DNA of 64,000 nt from Glaucostegus cemiculus. Its lineage: Eukaryota. The stretch lies in assembly GCA_976551045.1 (NCBI GenBank), contig CDPCPM010000033.1:27342001-27406000 (forward strand), read 5' to 3'. Within the stretch, counting starts at the first letter, position 1. The number at the start of each line of letters is the position of its first letter. Below are positions 1 through 12,900 of this stretch, one piece after another. The position numbers and the translations under genes were made by a program. The notes below the pieces were generated by a model. The model was not told where the DNA came from. It searched no databases and worked only from the letters and a program-made list of their open reading frames with translations.

Positions 1-944
1 GCGCTCAAAGATGTCCAGACCCGAAATGAACTCAAAGATCATAACTAATTCTTCAAGGCTCTCAAAAGATTCATGTAGCCAAAGGATATTCCTGTGTCTA
101 GCAATATTAAGAATGTCAATCTCTTTCTTCACCAGTACCTGATCAGCACCTTTTATTTTCACAAACTTTGCCATGTATGTTTTCTTGCTGGTGCTTTCAA
201 TACAACGATGAACAATACTAAACTGTCCACGCCCCAGCTCTTCAGCAAATGTGTAGCGGGTATGAAGTTCTTTAATAGTAGAATGATTGGCTTTGCCTGT
301 AGTAATTGTCATTGATTCATCAACCTCTTCATCATAGTTCAGAACTCTGGTCTTATCTTCCTTTGTAACTATTGGATCAGTTGGCTCTGATGGCTGGCTC
401 TGTCCAAACTTGTTTTCAGCAATCACACGGAATTGGTAGCTAGTCTTGCCAAAGAGATTTACAACAGTGTAATGTGTATCACGTGACTGTGCTACACGTA
501 TCCACATCTCTGCTGTTGTTGCACATTTCTCAATAATGTAGTTAATTACTTTACTTCCACCATCATTAGCTGGAGGATTCCATGTTAAAACAACAGAATC
601 GCGGGTAATGTCACTGACTTTAAGTCCTCTTGGCATGTCAGGTACATCTGCTACATCTAGTTCAACTGTTTTTTGATCTATGCCAAATCTGTTCTTGGCA
701 CACACAACATAGAAGCCAGCATCTTTTAGGTCAACTCCATTAGGGAACACCAGAGATGTAAAAGATCTAGTCACAATTACTTGATAATGACCATTATTAT
801 CAATGAGATCTTGTCCTTTCTGCCATGTAATTACAGGATCAGGTCTTCCACTGAAAGGAATTTTAATGCTTACAATTTCACCGCGGAGAGCATGAACAGC
901 ACCCATGCCTTCCAGATGTTTGGGTAATTGAATCTTGGCAGGAA
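1..944 (-). CDS. TTN: Titin M-line exon 1 (ex358-eq), 5' part: Ig A169, Fn3 A170, NL linker, kinase N-lobe (partial)
   Basis: Not in ORF track (runs off the edge). Acceptor ttctag at 945. Hand translation: [22 protein letters not shown]...[13 protein letters not shown]...[80 protein letters not shown]. Confidence 0.97.
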
Positions 945-3900
945 CTAGAAACAAAAAAAAAATTTAAATGTAGATACTGAAAGGCAGCAAGTGAATATAA
1001 AACTGTGAACTTAATGTGGTTGAAATTAGTCTTTGACAACTGTGCAAAACTAGGACTAGTGAATTGACAGCCCACTATGATAGTTTTCCCATTTTTTGAT
1101 GGAAAAATGATGAAAAGCAAAATTAGACAGCTTTAAGATGAGTTGCACATTCACAATACTCATTTTGGACAACTCCTTAGACTAATTACATTCTAGATGT
1201 ATTCAGAAATATTACACAATTTTTACATAAGTTCTGTATGATACATACCGTCAACATCTAAAGATACTGTTGATGAAATGGAACCTCCTTGGTTGATCGC
1301 TCTGACTTGATATACAGTTGCATCTTCTCCTGTGACACCAGAAATTACCAGTTGATGGTAGCCTCCCTTAAATTCCTGGATCTTTATCTTTTCACCATCA
1401 GGTTCAATTTCCTTTCCTTGTTTAAACCATTTCACAACAGGTTTAGGATTACCCGTAACTTTGCAAACAAAAGTAGCATTGCTCTTATATTTCACACTTA
1501 AATTGCGTATTTCTTCTTTAAACTGTGGTGCCTTGATAGGTACATCACATGTTGGAATAACAGGATCAGATAATTCACTCCAGTCACTCTCACCGCCAAG
1601 GTTTTCGCATTTAACACGGAATTCATACTCCAAACCTTCAATGAGGCCTTTCACCGTGTAAGCTGTTTCATGTATTTCATCAGATGTTACAGCAATCCAT
1701 TTATTCTGCTTTTTCTCTCGTTTTTCAAGATAATAGTTTCTGATCTTTGCACCACCATCACTGGCAGGCGGCTTCCATGAAACCACACAAGAATCCTTTG
1801 TGACAGCAGCTATAACAGGTTTGGACGGATTCCCTGGCTTCTCTGCAAGTAGAAGTAAGTGAAATATATTACAATTCAGAATATAACACGTTATTAGACA
1901 AGGAACAACTTACTTTATGTACACACTTACCATATGGACTTTTGATGATGACAACAGAGGAAACTTCCAATGGTTTACTGACACCAAATTGATTTTGAGC
2001 AGAGACACGGAAGTAGTAGCCAGCATTGTCAACGAGGTTTGCAATTCTACAAGATGTACCAGCAATAGCAGAGGATACCAGATGCCATTGTTCACCTTCC
2101 TTGGCTTCACATTTTTCTACAATGTAGTTGGTAATTATAGCACCTCCATCATCAAGTGGTGGCTTCCAAATGATTACTGCAGAATTTTTCAGCAAAGCAT
2201 CAATTTCTATTGGTCCTTCTGGCATATCTGGCTTATCTGAATAGAAACATAGCTAGTATTAGATGTTTTATTTTCATGATAAACACAGTATTAATTATAA
2301 TAAAACTAATCATATACATATACACTATTGAATATGATTACCTTGGATTTCTACGTTAAATGTTGTATCAATTGTTCCAAATGAATTGCTGAGCTGTACT
2401 TTGTATTTTCCAGCATGGTTCTTTCGATGAATATTTCTCACTACAAGGTGAGTGTAATGCTCTGTGTTTTCTATTGAAACATTATCTGAATTTGACAAGA
2501 GTTTCTTTTCATGGAACCAGCGAATAGCAGGCACTGGACGACCAATGTATACAACATGGATGCGAAGACTTGTACCGACGCTTACGACATACACCTCTTT
2601 TAGTGGGAATCCAGGATGGAATTGTGGAGCAGCCTCAAGCAATACATTGCCACTGACCTCTGTTTCACCAGCATCATTAGTAGCCTTGCAGGTATACAAA
2701 CCTTCATCATCTTGATCATCTGTTAAAATGGTGATTGAATGATTACGGCCGTCTGAACTCATTTTGTACTTGCGGCTTTGTTGCAATTCCTTTCCAAAAT
2801 GGTACCACTTAATTTCTGGAAGTGGTCTACCAATGATCTGACAAGTCAGTTGGGCTGGTTCACCTAGCTTGGCAACAACTTCTGAAATTTCTTGTTTAAC
2901 ACTTGGTTCTTCTCCAGCTGTTGACAAAGAAGAGGAAACAAATGAGCTAGAGTAATTTATAACAACATAAAAATTATGTTATTTACATTAAAACAAAAGA
3001 AAATACACACAAGTCAATTTAGTCTTGATTGCCATAACAGTTCTACGAGGTCGGCTGATTCCCGTCTCATTCTCTGCAAAGACTCGGAATTCATATTCTG
3101 TGGCTTCCAGAAGACCACCTTGTGTAAACTGTCTGTCTTTTATTCGTTCCTTACAGCATTTTTTCCAAGCACTATCACCAGATTGGCGATACTCAACCCA
3201 ATAACCAATAATTTCCTTGCCACCATCACATTCTGGACGGTCCCACTCAATGGTGATGCTATCTTTCGTGACAGAAATTATCGTAATCTCTCCAGGTTGG
3301 CTTGGTTTATCTGTGGAAATTTATTTACTCATTAAAATCTGGTAATTGTGTCATATTTGAAATCACACCTTTATAAATTCTACATTCATGTACTGTATTA
3401 AGATAGATCAAATGAAACATACCAAAAGGATCCTTGCATTGTACAACATCAGATGGTGGGCTTGGATCACCAAGACCAATGTCATTCTGTGCCAAAATAC
3501 GGAACTGATATTCAGCATCTGGAACAAGCCCAGAAAGAGTGTACATTGTTGTGGTAATGTGAGTCTTGTTGTGTCGCACCCACTTATCCGTAGTAGATTC
3601 TTTGCGATCGATAAAATACCCAGTAACACGCGATCCACCATCATCCTTTGGTCTTGACCAGCAAAGGGTGACTGAACTCTTGGTAACATCTAGTATTTCT
3701 GGAGGATTGCTTGGAGGCTCTGGTGGATCTAGATTAACAGTAGTGAATTAATAATCACATGCAAAAACTAAATAAATTCAAAAGATAATATATCATTGAT
3801 TTAAGATTAGCATGAACATTATTATACTTACTCAGTGGTGTTTTTGGTACAACTGGCTCTTCTGATTTCAGAGATTTGCTAATACCAAATTGATTTTCAG

Positions 3901-6900
3901 CAGAAACACGGAAGTGGTATTCCACATTTTCTTTCAAGCCTCTGACAACAATGGAAGTGTCCTTTACTCTAGAATCAACAGTGTACCAGGCAGTTTTGGA
4001 TATTTCACGTCTCTCAACAATATACCCAATGATATCAGATCCACCATCATCAGCCGTTGGTCTCCAGCTTACTCTGACAGAACGAGCCTGAATATCATCA
4101 AATTCAAGTGGACCTTGTGGGGGATCAGGATTGCCAATCACTTTCACCTTAATGTATACTGTCTTTTTGCCACATTTATTTTCAAGAACAAGGTCATATG
4201 TGCCTGAATCTTCTCTGACTGATTCCTTTATCACAAGTTCAGTGTGGGTCTCAGAAGTTGCAATCATTGCACGCATGCTGATATCGCGACCTTCCTTTGT
4301 CCATTTGCAGATAGGAATAGGTTTGCCTTTAATGGGCACTGTTAGTTTGATGGCTCCACCTTGTCTTACAATCAGGCCTTCAAGATACTGATGGTCAAGC
4401 TCATAATCAGGATACTCTGTAAGAAAAAATAATTAAGTTTTATTTTAAAAAGTAAGCAAATAATATAGGAATGTTACCCACTAGCTAAGTTTACCTACAC
4501 CAAAGAACAAAATAACACCAAATTTCAACATGGGTTCCAGGTAAAAACTTAATTAGCCTGCAAATTTGGCTGTAAATTTACTGGCCCCAACTCCACTTTC
4601 ATCAATGAGAGCTCAATGATTTGCTAATGGTCTAACAGAGATCAAACTGAATCAATTGCAACAAAAGATGGAGGTTGTTTTTCACATTTGTGGATGTCTG
4701 TGAATTTCCCTGTATAACTGAATTCCTGTATAATTCAACAGACTAGGCTAATCATAAAACATAACAACTTAAACATTTCTCACCAAGCATTTCGGTTACT
4801 TTAACAGTTCCTGGAACATCAGCTGGCTCACCAGGACCACCAGCATTAACTGCTTTAACGCGGAACCTATACTCAGCACCCTGTGGCATATGAGTCAGGG
4901 TGTATTCACAGATCTTTGTTGGTGTTGTGTTGCACTTAGTCCATTCACACTGATCAACCTTCTGCATCTCAATAAGGTAGCCTGTGACCTTGGAACCACC
5001 TTCCTCTTCCGGTGGACTCCAAGCAACAGATATTGATGTTCTTGTTGTGTCTGTAACTCTTGGATTTTGTGGTTTGCCAGGTGGATCTATAGAAATAGTA
5101 AATGAAATTAGCATTACAATTTTTCATGTAATTTAGTATAATTAAAATACATTTACAAGTGATGCTCAGTTAATTCAAATAGTGTAGAACTGAGGCAACT
5201 GAAAGTCAAGGTTTGGTCCATGGTTTGTGTTAGTTGATTTAAGTTGATCTTACAACTGGCCACGCAGGCAGGTTCAGCTCTTTTTGGCTAGTGAGGAGAA
5301 AATCAGGTAGGGATCTGTTTCCTTACTTCTATTTAATAACTCTAATGAAGGTGTATTTGGAGATGGTTTGTGAATATGGTTTGAGGTTCTCCACAGTCAA
5401 ACAAGTTGTAGTGCTTACTGGCAATGCAAACAAATATCATCTGATACTTTTATGACCCCAAACAAGTTTACCAGAGATGTGCAGTTTATTAAGGCAATGT
5501 GGTTTCCAGGCATTATTCCCAACATATTAAAGAAACCTTCCTACCATGGTGGAAAATGCAGCATTTCTAAAGTTACACATCCATTTTGGCACCAGAAAAG
5601 AAAGCAGTTTATGTAAACCTTCTCCATAACTATTATCTATAAGAAATTATTAATATTTGAAAAGCAGAATGCAAGAGAGTCAATTATAATCATGAAGAAA
5701 AAGTTTAACTAATAGATTTTGAAACTAACATTTAAATGAACACGTTACCTATTGGGTCCATGGCAACTGCAGATTTGGAAGGTCTGCTTGGTTTGCTAGT
5801 CCCTCTGGCATTCACAGCTGTCACACGATGTTCATATTCCAATCCTTCTATAAGACCAGTGGAACGGTACCTTGTCATTGTCACAAGCACTTTGTTGACT
5901 CTCACCCATCGATCAGCTCTTAGCTCTTTGCGTTCAATGATGTAACCAAGTATTGGTGAACCACCATCTTCAATTGGTGGTTCCCAGGTAATTGTCATAC
6001 CATCACGAGAGAAATCAAATACATGTGGAGTACCAGTGGGGTCAGGCACATCTGTAAGAGAAAAGAGAAATGTGGTTTGTATAAAAATGTTATGATTCAT
6101 AAAGAAATGGTTATCACTATAGGAAGGATGTTGAGGCTTTAGAGGGTACAGAGGAGGTTTACTAGGATGCTGACTGGATTAGTGGGCATGTGTTATCAGG
6201 AGAGAATGGACAAACTTGGGCTCCTTTCTCTGGAGCAGCAGAGGCTGAGTGGTGATCTCTTGGAAGTGTATAAAATTATGAGGGGCATAGATAGTGTGGA
6301 CAAGCAATATCTTTATCCCCATAATTGAGCGATCCAATACCAGTGGGCATGCATTTAGGGTGAGGGTGTAGGTTTAGAAGAGACATGAGGGATACATTTT
6401 TACTAAGAGTGGTGGATGCCTGTAATGCATTGCCTGATAGGGTGGTGGAGGCAAATTTATTGGGGGCTTGGATGGGCACATGAATGAGAGGAAAATAGAG
6501 GGATATGGTCATCCTTGAGGTAGGAGGGAATAGCTATGTTGGCATAACATTGTGGGCCGAAGGGCCTGTTCTGTGCTGTAATGTTCTATGTTCTAAAATA
6601 TTTTTTAAAAGTATCATTAAACATTAGTGATTCTAAGAATCCTAATGGTTCTATTGTTTAGTAAAAAGTATATTCTCCTCAAACTATTTGTCTAATATTG
6701 TAAACATTGATATTGTAGACATTGATATTGGTTTATTTCTGAAATCGTTATCTATTTTAAAAGTTAATGGAAGGGTACTATAATTGATCTTTGCAAAAAG
6801 TAATTCATATTTTAATATCCTGGTATCTCTAATTATTGGTAAAATACTCCAATTTTGCACTTACTAATGGCACTCTTGCATTCCACAATGCTAGACTGTA

Positions 6901-9900
6901 AGAATGATCCAATACCAAAACGGTTTGTGGCAGCAACACGGAATACATATTCGGTGCCTTCAGTTAATCTAGTAAACTTGAATGTATTCCTGGTAACAGA
7001 TTCAGACACTGGTAGCCATCCTGGTCGATGAGCATCACGTTGTTCCACAACATAACCACTGATGGTGGCACCACCATCTTTCTCTGGTGGTTCCCAACTG
7101 ATGGTGACAGTGGTGGCATCAACTTCATCAATTTTAATTGAGCCGCTAGGTGGTCCTGGTTTATCTGTAAATTAATTAATACATTTATCCAAGACTCAAA
7201 AAAATCATTGTACTACCACAGGCAGTTCATCACCATATTTGTAATACCTTTAAATAGAATTTGAAAGAAAAAACTTACCAAGAATGATCACTTTGATGGA
7301 TTCGGTGGTTGTTCCGGCGACATTTTTTAGTTCAAGCATGTAGTCACCAGTATCATCAATGGTAGTTTCACGCACAGTAAGGTTGATTACCTTGGCTAAT
7401 CTTTCTATTTTGGTTCGATCACTTTCTTTCAGTTTAGCACCTTCAAAGTACCATGACGCACTAGGAGGTGGACGTCCACTAATTGGAATAGATAATTCAA
7501 TAGGCCTACCGGCACGTACAGTGACAGTCCTTTGAGGTATGCCTGCCAAATCAATCTTTGGTATCACTGTTGGAAGAGATACAAGAATAAAGCTAATTTA
7601 TGTAAAATAATTGTTGCATTCACAATATATTTCATATAAATTCTTAAAACATAAATAACAAAATTTAGTTTAAACCTACCCCTTTGATCTCGCACAATGA
7701 CAGCAGTTACAGTCTCTCTTGGTTCACTGACACCTTTGTCATTCTGGGCCCTTACTCTGAACAGATACTGTTCAGACTCATTCAGAGAGATTATAGTATG
7801 CTCAAATACTGTGTGTTTTAGAGTTGCAACTTTCATCCACCTTTCTGTGCCAGCTTTGCATGCTTCAATGACATAACCAGTCAGTCTGCTGCCTCCATCA
7901 TGCAGTGGTTTTTCCCAGGCCAGTGTGACTGTGGATTTTGTGACGTCAATTACATCCAATCTCTGTGGAATCATTGGAACTTCTGAAACAAGTACTGCAT
8001 CAGCGATTTCACAAGGCTCACCGATTCCATAGATATTTTCAGGTGAGACTCTGAAATAATACATTGCACCCTCAGTAAGTCCAGTTATTCTATAAATTGT
8101 CTTGTTGCATTTAGTTGTCACAGTCTTGAATGCTCTCATAGCAGCTTCCCGTCTCTCAATTATGTAATTGTTGACTGGTGCTCCACCATCAATCATTGGA
8201 ACATCCCATGTGATGACTACAGAATCTCTTGAGACTTCCTTCACTTTAACAGCACCAGGTGGGCCAGGTGTATCTGAGAATAGAGAAGTATTTTTTGAAA
8301 ACTTTTGCTATTTTTTAAATAGTCTTAGAAAAGATGATAATGAAATAAAAGACTGAAAATATCTTGTTTTACATACCATATACTTTGACAACTATAGTAG
8401 CTGACTTCTTGCCTGAAGGATTTTCAGCCTCAATGGTGTATTTGCCTGCATCATAGCGATTCACCTTGTCAATTACAAGCAATGTGTAAGAATCTGTTGT
8501 ATCAATAATACCATGACTGTAGAGGTCAACACCTGGTTTACTCCATGTTAACACTGGAGTAGGTCGACCTGACACTGACACCATTAAGCGGAGTGAGCCA
8601 CCAGCTCTAACAGTGACTGTCTTTTTCAGATCATCTGCAAGTTCAAGATCCGGCATTTCTAGAAAAATGAAATGAAATAGAGATGAAAAACAACTTGCAA
8701 TATTCCAAAAATAAAATCTTCAAGATGTTATTCAAAACTTTCATTGAATAAAATCTTTCTTAGGAGTAAATAAACTGTCAGTTGTGATTCCCTTCTAGTT
8801 ATAATTAAACACAGGTACCAGCTATGCATATTTTATTCCAATATTAAATGCACTCTGTCAGAAAAAAGTGAATAATCACAAGGCAATATGGATTGCCTCT
8901 AAAATGCCACTTACCTATTCTTTCTACTGCTTCAATTTCAGCAGATGACTCACTGTATTCACTCATTCCATTAATATTGCCAGAAGCAACTCTGAAATAG
9001 TACTTCTTGCTGGTGGTAAGACCTGTAATGGTATATTCTGTATTTCTTATGTAGTCTGTAGAATGTGCTCTGTACCACTGTTCCATACGTTCCTCTTTCA
9101 TTTCGAGTACATATCCAATAATATCAGAACCACCATCATACATGGGTTTTGTCCATGCTAAACTGATACTGTGTTTGGTTGTATCAACAACTCTTGGTGC
9201 TGAAGGTACTCCAGGTGTATCTACAAGATAATTTAAATAGATTATATTCATAATTATTTGTAAAGACTTACAATTATAAGAAACTAAATAAAAACACAAC
9301 ACTTACATGTGGGTTCTTTGCACAGGATGTATTGCGATGATTCACTTGGCTCACTGTTACCAGCTGCATTTACTGCTGTAACACGGAACTGGTATTCACA
9401 ACCCTCCATTAGATTTGTTATCTTGAGTCTAGTATCATAAATAGTGAAGTCCTTATTGACTCGAGTCCAACGTACACTTCGTTTTTCACGTTTATCCACA
9501 AGATAATTACTAATTTCTGCTCCACCATCAGTTTCAGGTTTCAACCACTGGATAATGATGTGTTCTTTTCCAACTGTAACAACCTCTGGTTCACCAGGTG
9601 GTGATGGAATGGCTGTTTAATACAAATTGATTTCAATAATGGTTTTGCTACTACATTACCAAGAGTAATAATTCTTTGAAAATGTAAAAAGAATCATCAC
9701 ATAGTACTTACTGTATGATTTTCTGGCCACGACTGGTTCAGACTCTAATGGCACACCAGGTCCAAACTTATTAACAGCTCTCACTCTAAATATGTATTCA
9801 TTGTTCTTTATAAGTCTTGTAACAACAGTGGAGAGAGCCATGCACTCGGCTTCAACTATTACCCAGTTAAGTCTGCTCGTCTCACGTCTCTCTACAATAT

Positions 9901-12900
9901 AGTGTGTAATTGCTGCTCCACCATCTTCCTTTGGCATATTCCATGACAAAGTGCACTTCTCTTCAGTTAATCTGCTGATGCTAAGTGGACCATCGCAGGG
10001 TCCTGGTGAATCTAGACAGAGTTTGGAACATGAAAATTAGGATGCATATATTGCTAATGTTGTACCTTGTTACATTAATATATTTCAAAAAAATATATCT
10101 TTATTTTATAACAGAAAACATACCTAACACTTTAACATTTACAGACACAGTCTTAGTTCCACTTGGATTTTTCACAGTTAGCGTATATTTTCCAGTGTCA
10201 TTTCTGTCACAGAACTTGATAATGGCAACAGCACGCTTGTTAGTATACTGTAGAGATATCTTCTCACAAAGTTCCAGTTCTTTGCTTCCTTTAGACCAAT
10301 AGACTTTAGGATCGGGTTTCCCACCAATGAAAGCATCAAGCACCAAATCTGATCCCGCCCTTATGGTAATAATTTCTCCAAGTAACCTACTGTCCAGTTC
10401 AGCTTTAGGTGGTACTGTAAATAAGAATAAAAAGCAATGAATAATTTTTGAAAAATATGTTTTTGCTTTATCAGGAAATTGATAGATATATGCTATGTTT
10501 TTGACACCACCGTACCATATTCATCTTTGCATGTGACTGGTCCAGTAGATTCAGATGGTGTACTAATTACTCCACTTGCATTCTTGGCTAAAACACGGAA
10601 TTCATAAGCCTCCGATTCACTTAGTCCTGTAACAGTGTAGAAGGTGTCAGAGATAGAGGTGTAGTTGCACTTCAGCCAGCGGCCATCACCAGTTTCATTA
10701 TAAGGCTTGCGTTCCACGATGTATCCAACAATCTTACTTCCACCATCATGGATTGGTACAGTCCATTTTAGCGAAACTGAAGACCTATTAACATCTGTTA
10801 CTTCTGGTTGACCTGGAGGATCTTTACACATTTAAACAAAAGTTAAAGTTCAGTTGAAATCTGAAACTATTTGCAAATATATAAATTATATTATCTCTTT
10901 TCTTATACTTTTGAGCTTACCAACAGGATTCTGAGCCATTATTAATCTCGAAGCTTCACTTGCTTTACTCAAGCCAGCTGCATTCATTGCATAAACTCTA
11001 AACTGGTATTCCAAGCCTTCCACTAGAGTAGATATTTTGTAATGGCAATCAATACATGGTATTTTATTTTCTTTCACCCAGAGAATGCTGTTACGTTCTT
11101 TCTTTTCAATCCAGTAGCCTGTAACTTTGCTGCCACCATCATGATATGGGTCTTCCCATTGGATAGACATGGCATTAGCAGATACAAAAGTCACGACTGG
11201 CCTGGTTGGAGGGCTCGGGGGAACTACAGTATATAGAAAGAATACAATTAGTAAGTTTTCTCCAGTTTCATTGTTCAGTGTGACTTATCAAATAAATAGT
11301 TATAATTTTTGACTTACCAAATGGATGTTCAGCAACCACAGGTTTTGATTCCAATGGTTTGCTGACACCAAATCTGTTTTCTGCACAGACTCGGAAAGTG
11401 TATTCCATATACTTTGTCAAGCGCGTAACTTTAATTTGGGTGCGTTTTACACTGGAGTTGATGAGCTGCCATGCTGTGGTACCAGATTCACGTTTTTCTA
11501 CAATATAGTTGGTGATATCAGTACCACCATCATCTTCAGGTTCTGCCCATGACAATACACATGAATCCGCTGAAACAGATGAGATACTCAAAGGTCCAGT
11601 AACTGGACCTGGTCGACCAATAACATTGACAGTTACAGAAAAGGTCTGGACTCCTGCAGTGTTTTCAAGTGTTAGGTAATATTTCCCTGAGTCACCTCTC
11701 ATGGAGTCCTTCGCGGTCAATGTAGTTCTATCTTTTGTTGTGATGATACTGACTCTATCAGTTTCCTTTAGTCTCATCTCCTCAAGTTTCCACGTTACCT
11801 TAGGTGCCGGACGTCCACTTATAGGTACATCTATAGTAAAGGTACTTCCTGATTTACATGTGATTGTTTGATTGGTGATTAAAGATAAGTCTGCTTTAGG
11901 CTCTATCTGTGGTTCTTTAATAATAACAGATGAAAATGCCTCCCTTGGTTCACTGTAACCAGCATTATTTTTAGCTCTGACACGGAATTCATACTCTGTA
12001 TTTTCAACAAGTCCATCAATTTGAAGTGTGAGGAGTTTGGTCTGACCACCTTCAACCCAGTGATCTGAACCTTTTTGTTTCATCTCCACTTTATAACCAA
12101 TAATTTGACTGCCACCATCATGCTCTGGTTTCATCCAAGCCAAGATTGCAAAGGTTCTGCCTGTATCGACAATATCCAGTCTCTTAGGTGGTGCTGGCTC
12201 CTCAGTGGCTACTATAGGCTCTGTCATTTCATATGGTACACCAAGGCCATATTCATTTTCTGCCATAACCCGGAAGAAGTATGGCACTCCTGCAAGATCT
12301 TGCACTCTGAAGATCTGTCGGGTGCACTTGCTGCTGATTTCCTGCCAGCTGCGCCTACTGGCTTCACGCTTCTCAACTACATAATGATGGATACGTGAAC
12401 CTCCATCATGAATTGGAGCATCCCACATCAATGTAATTGCACCTCGAGTGACATCTTTAAATGTAATTGGTCCTGGTGGACCTGGAGTGTCTTGTACTTT
12501 AACGGTGAAAGTAATAGACTTGCTACCATTGCTGTTTTCCACAGTAAGAGTATATTTTCCAGCATCATATCTATTGCAATCCTCTATTGTTAATGTGCTG
12601 CTCGTGTCTGTGGTATTAATGTGAACATGTACTCCAATGGATGAATCTGCTTTTTTCCAAGTGGCAACAGGAACTGGCCTACCTTGGAAGGCAACATGTA
12701 GCTGAACTGTAGTGCCAGCTCGAACAATATGAATTTGTTTGAAACTGGCATCAGTCTCAATTTCTGGTGCTGTTAACCTATCTGTCGTTACTACTGGAGC
12801 AGAAATTTCACAGCTTTCTCCTTTTCCTGCACCATTAACAGCAAAGACACGGAACTTGTACTCTTCACCAGCTTCCAATTCAGTAACTGTGTACTTGGTA

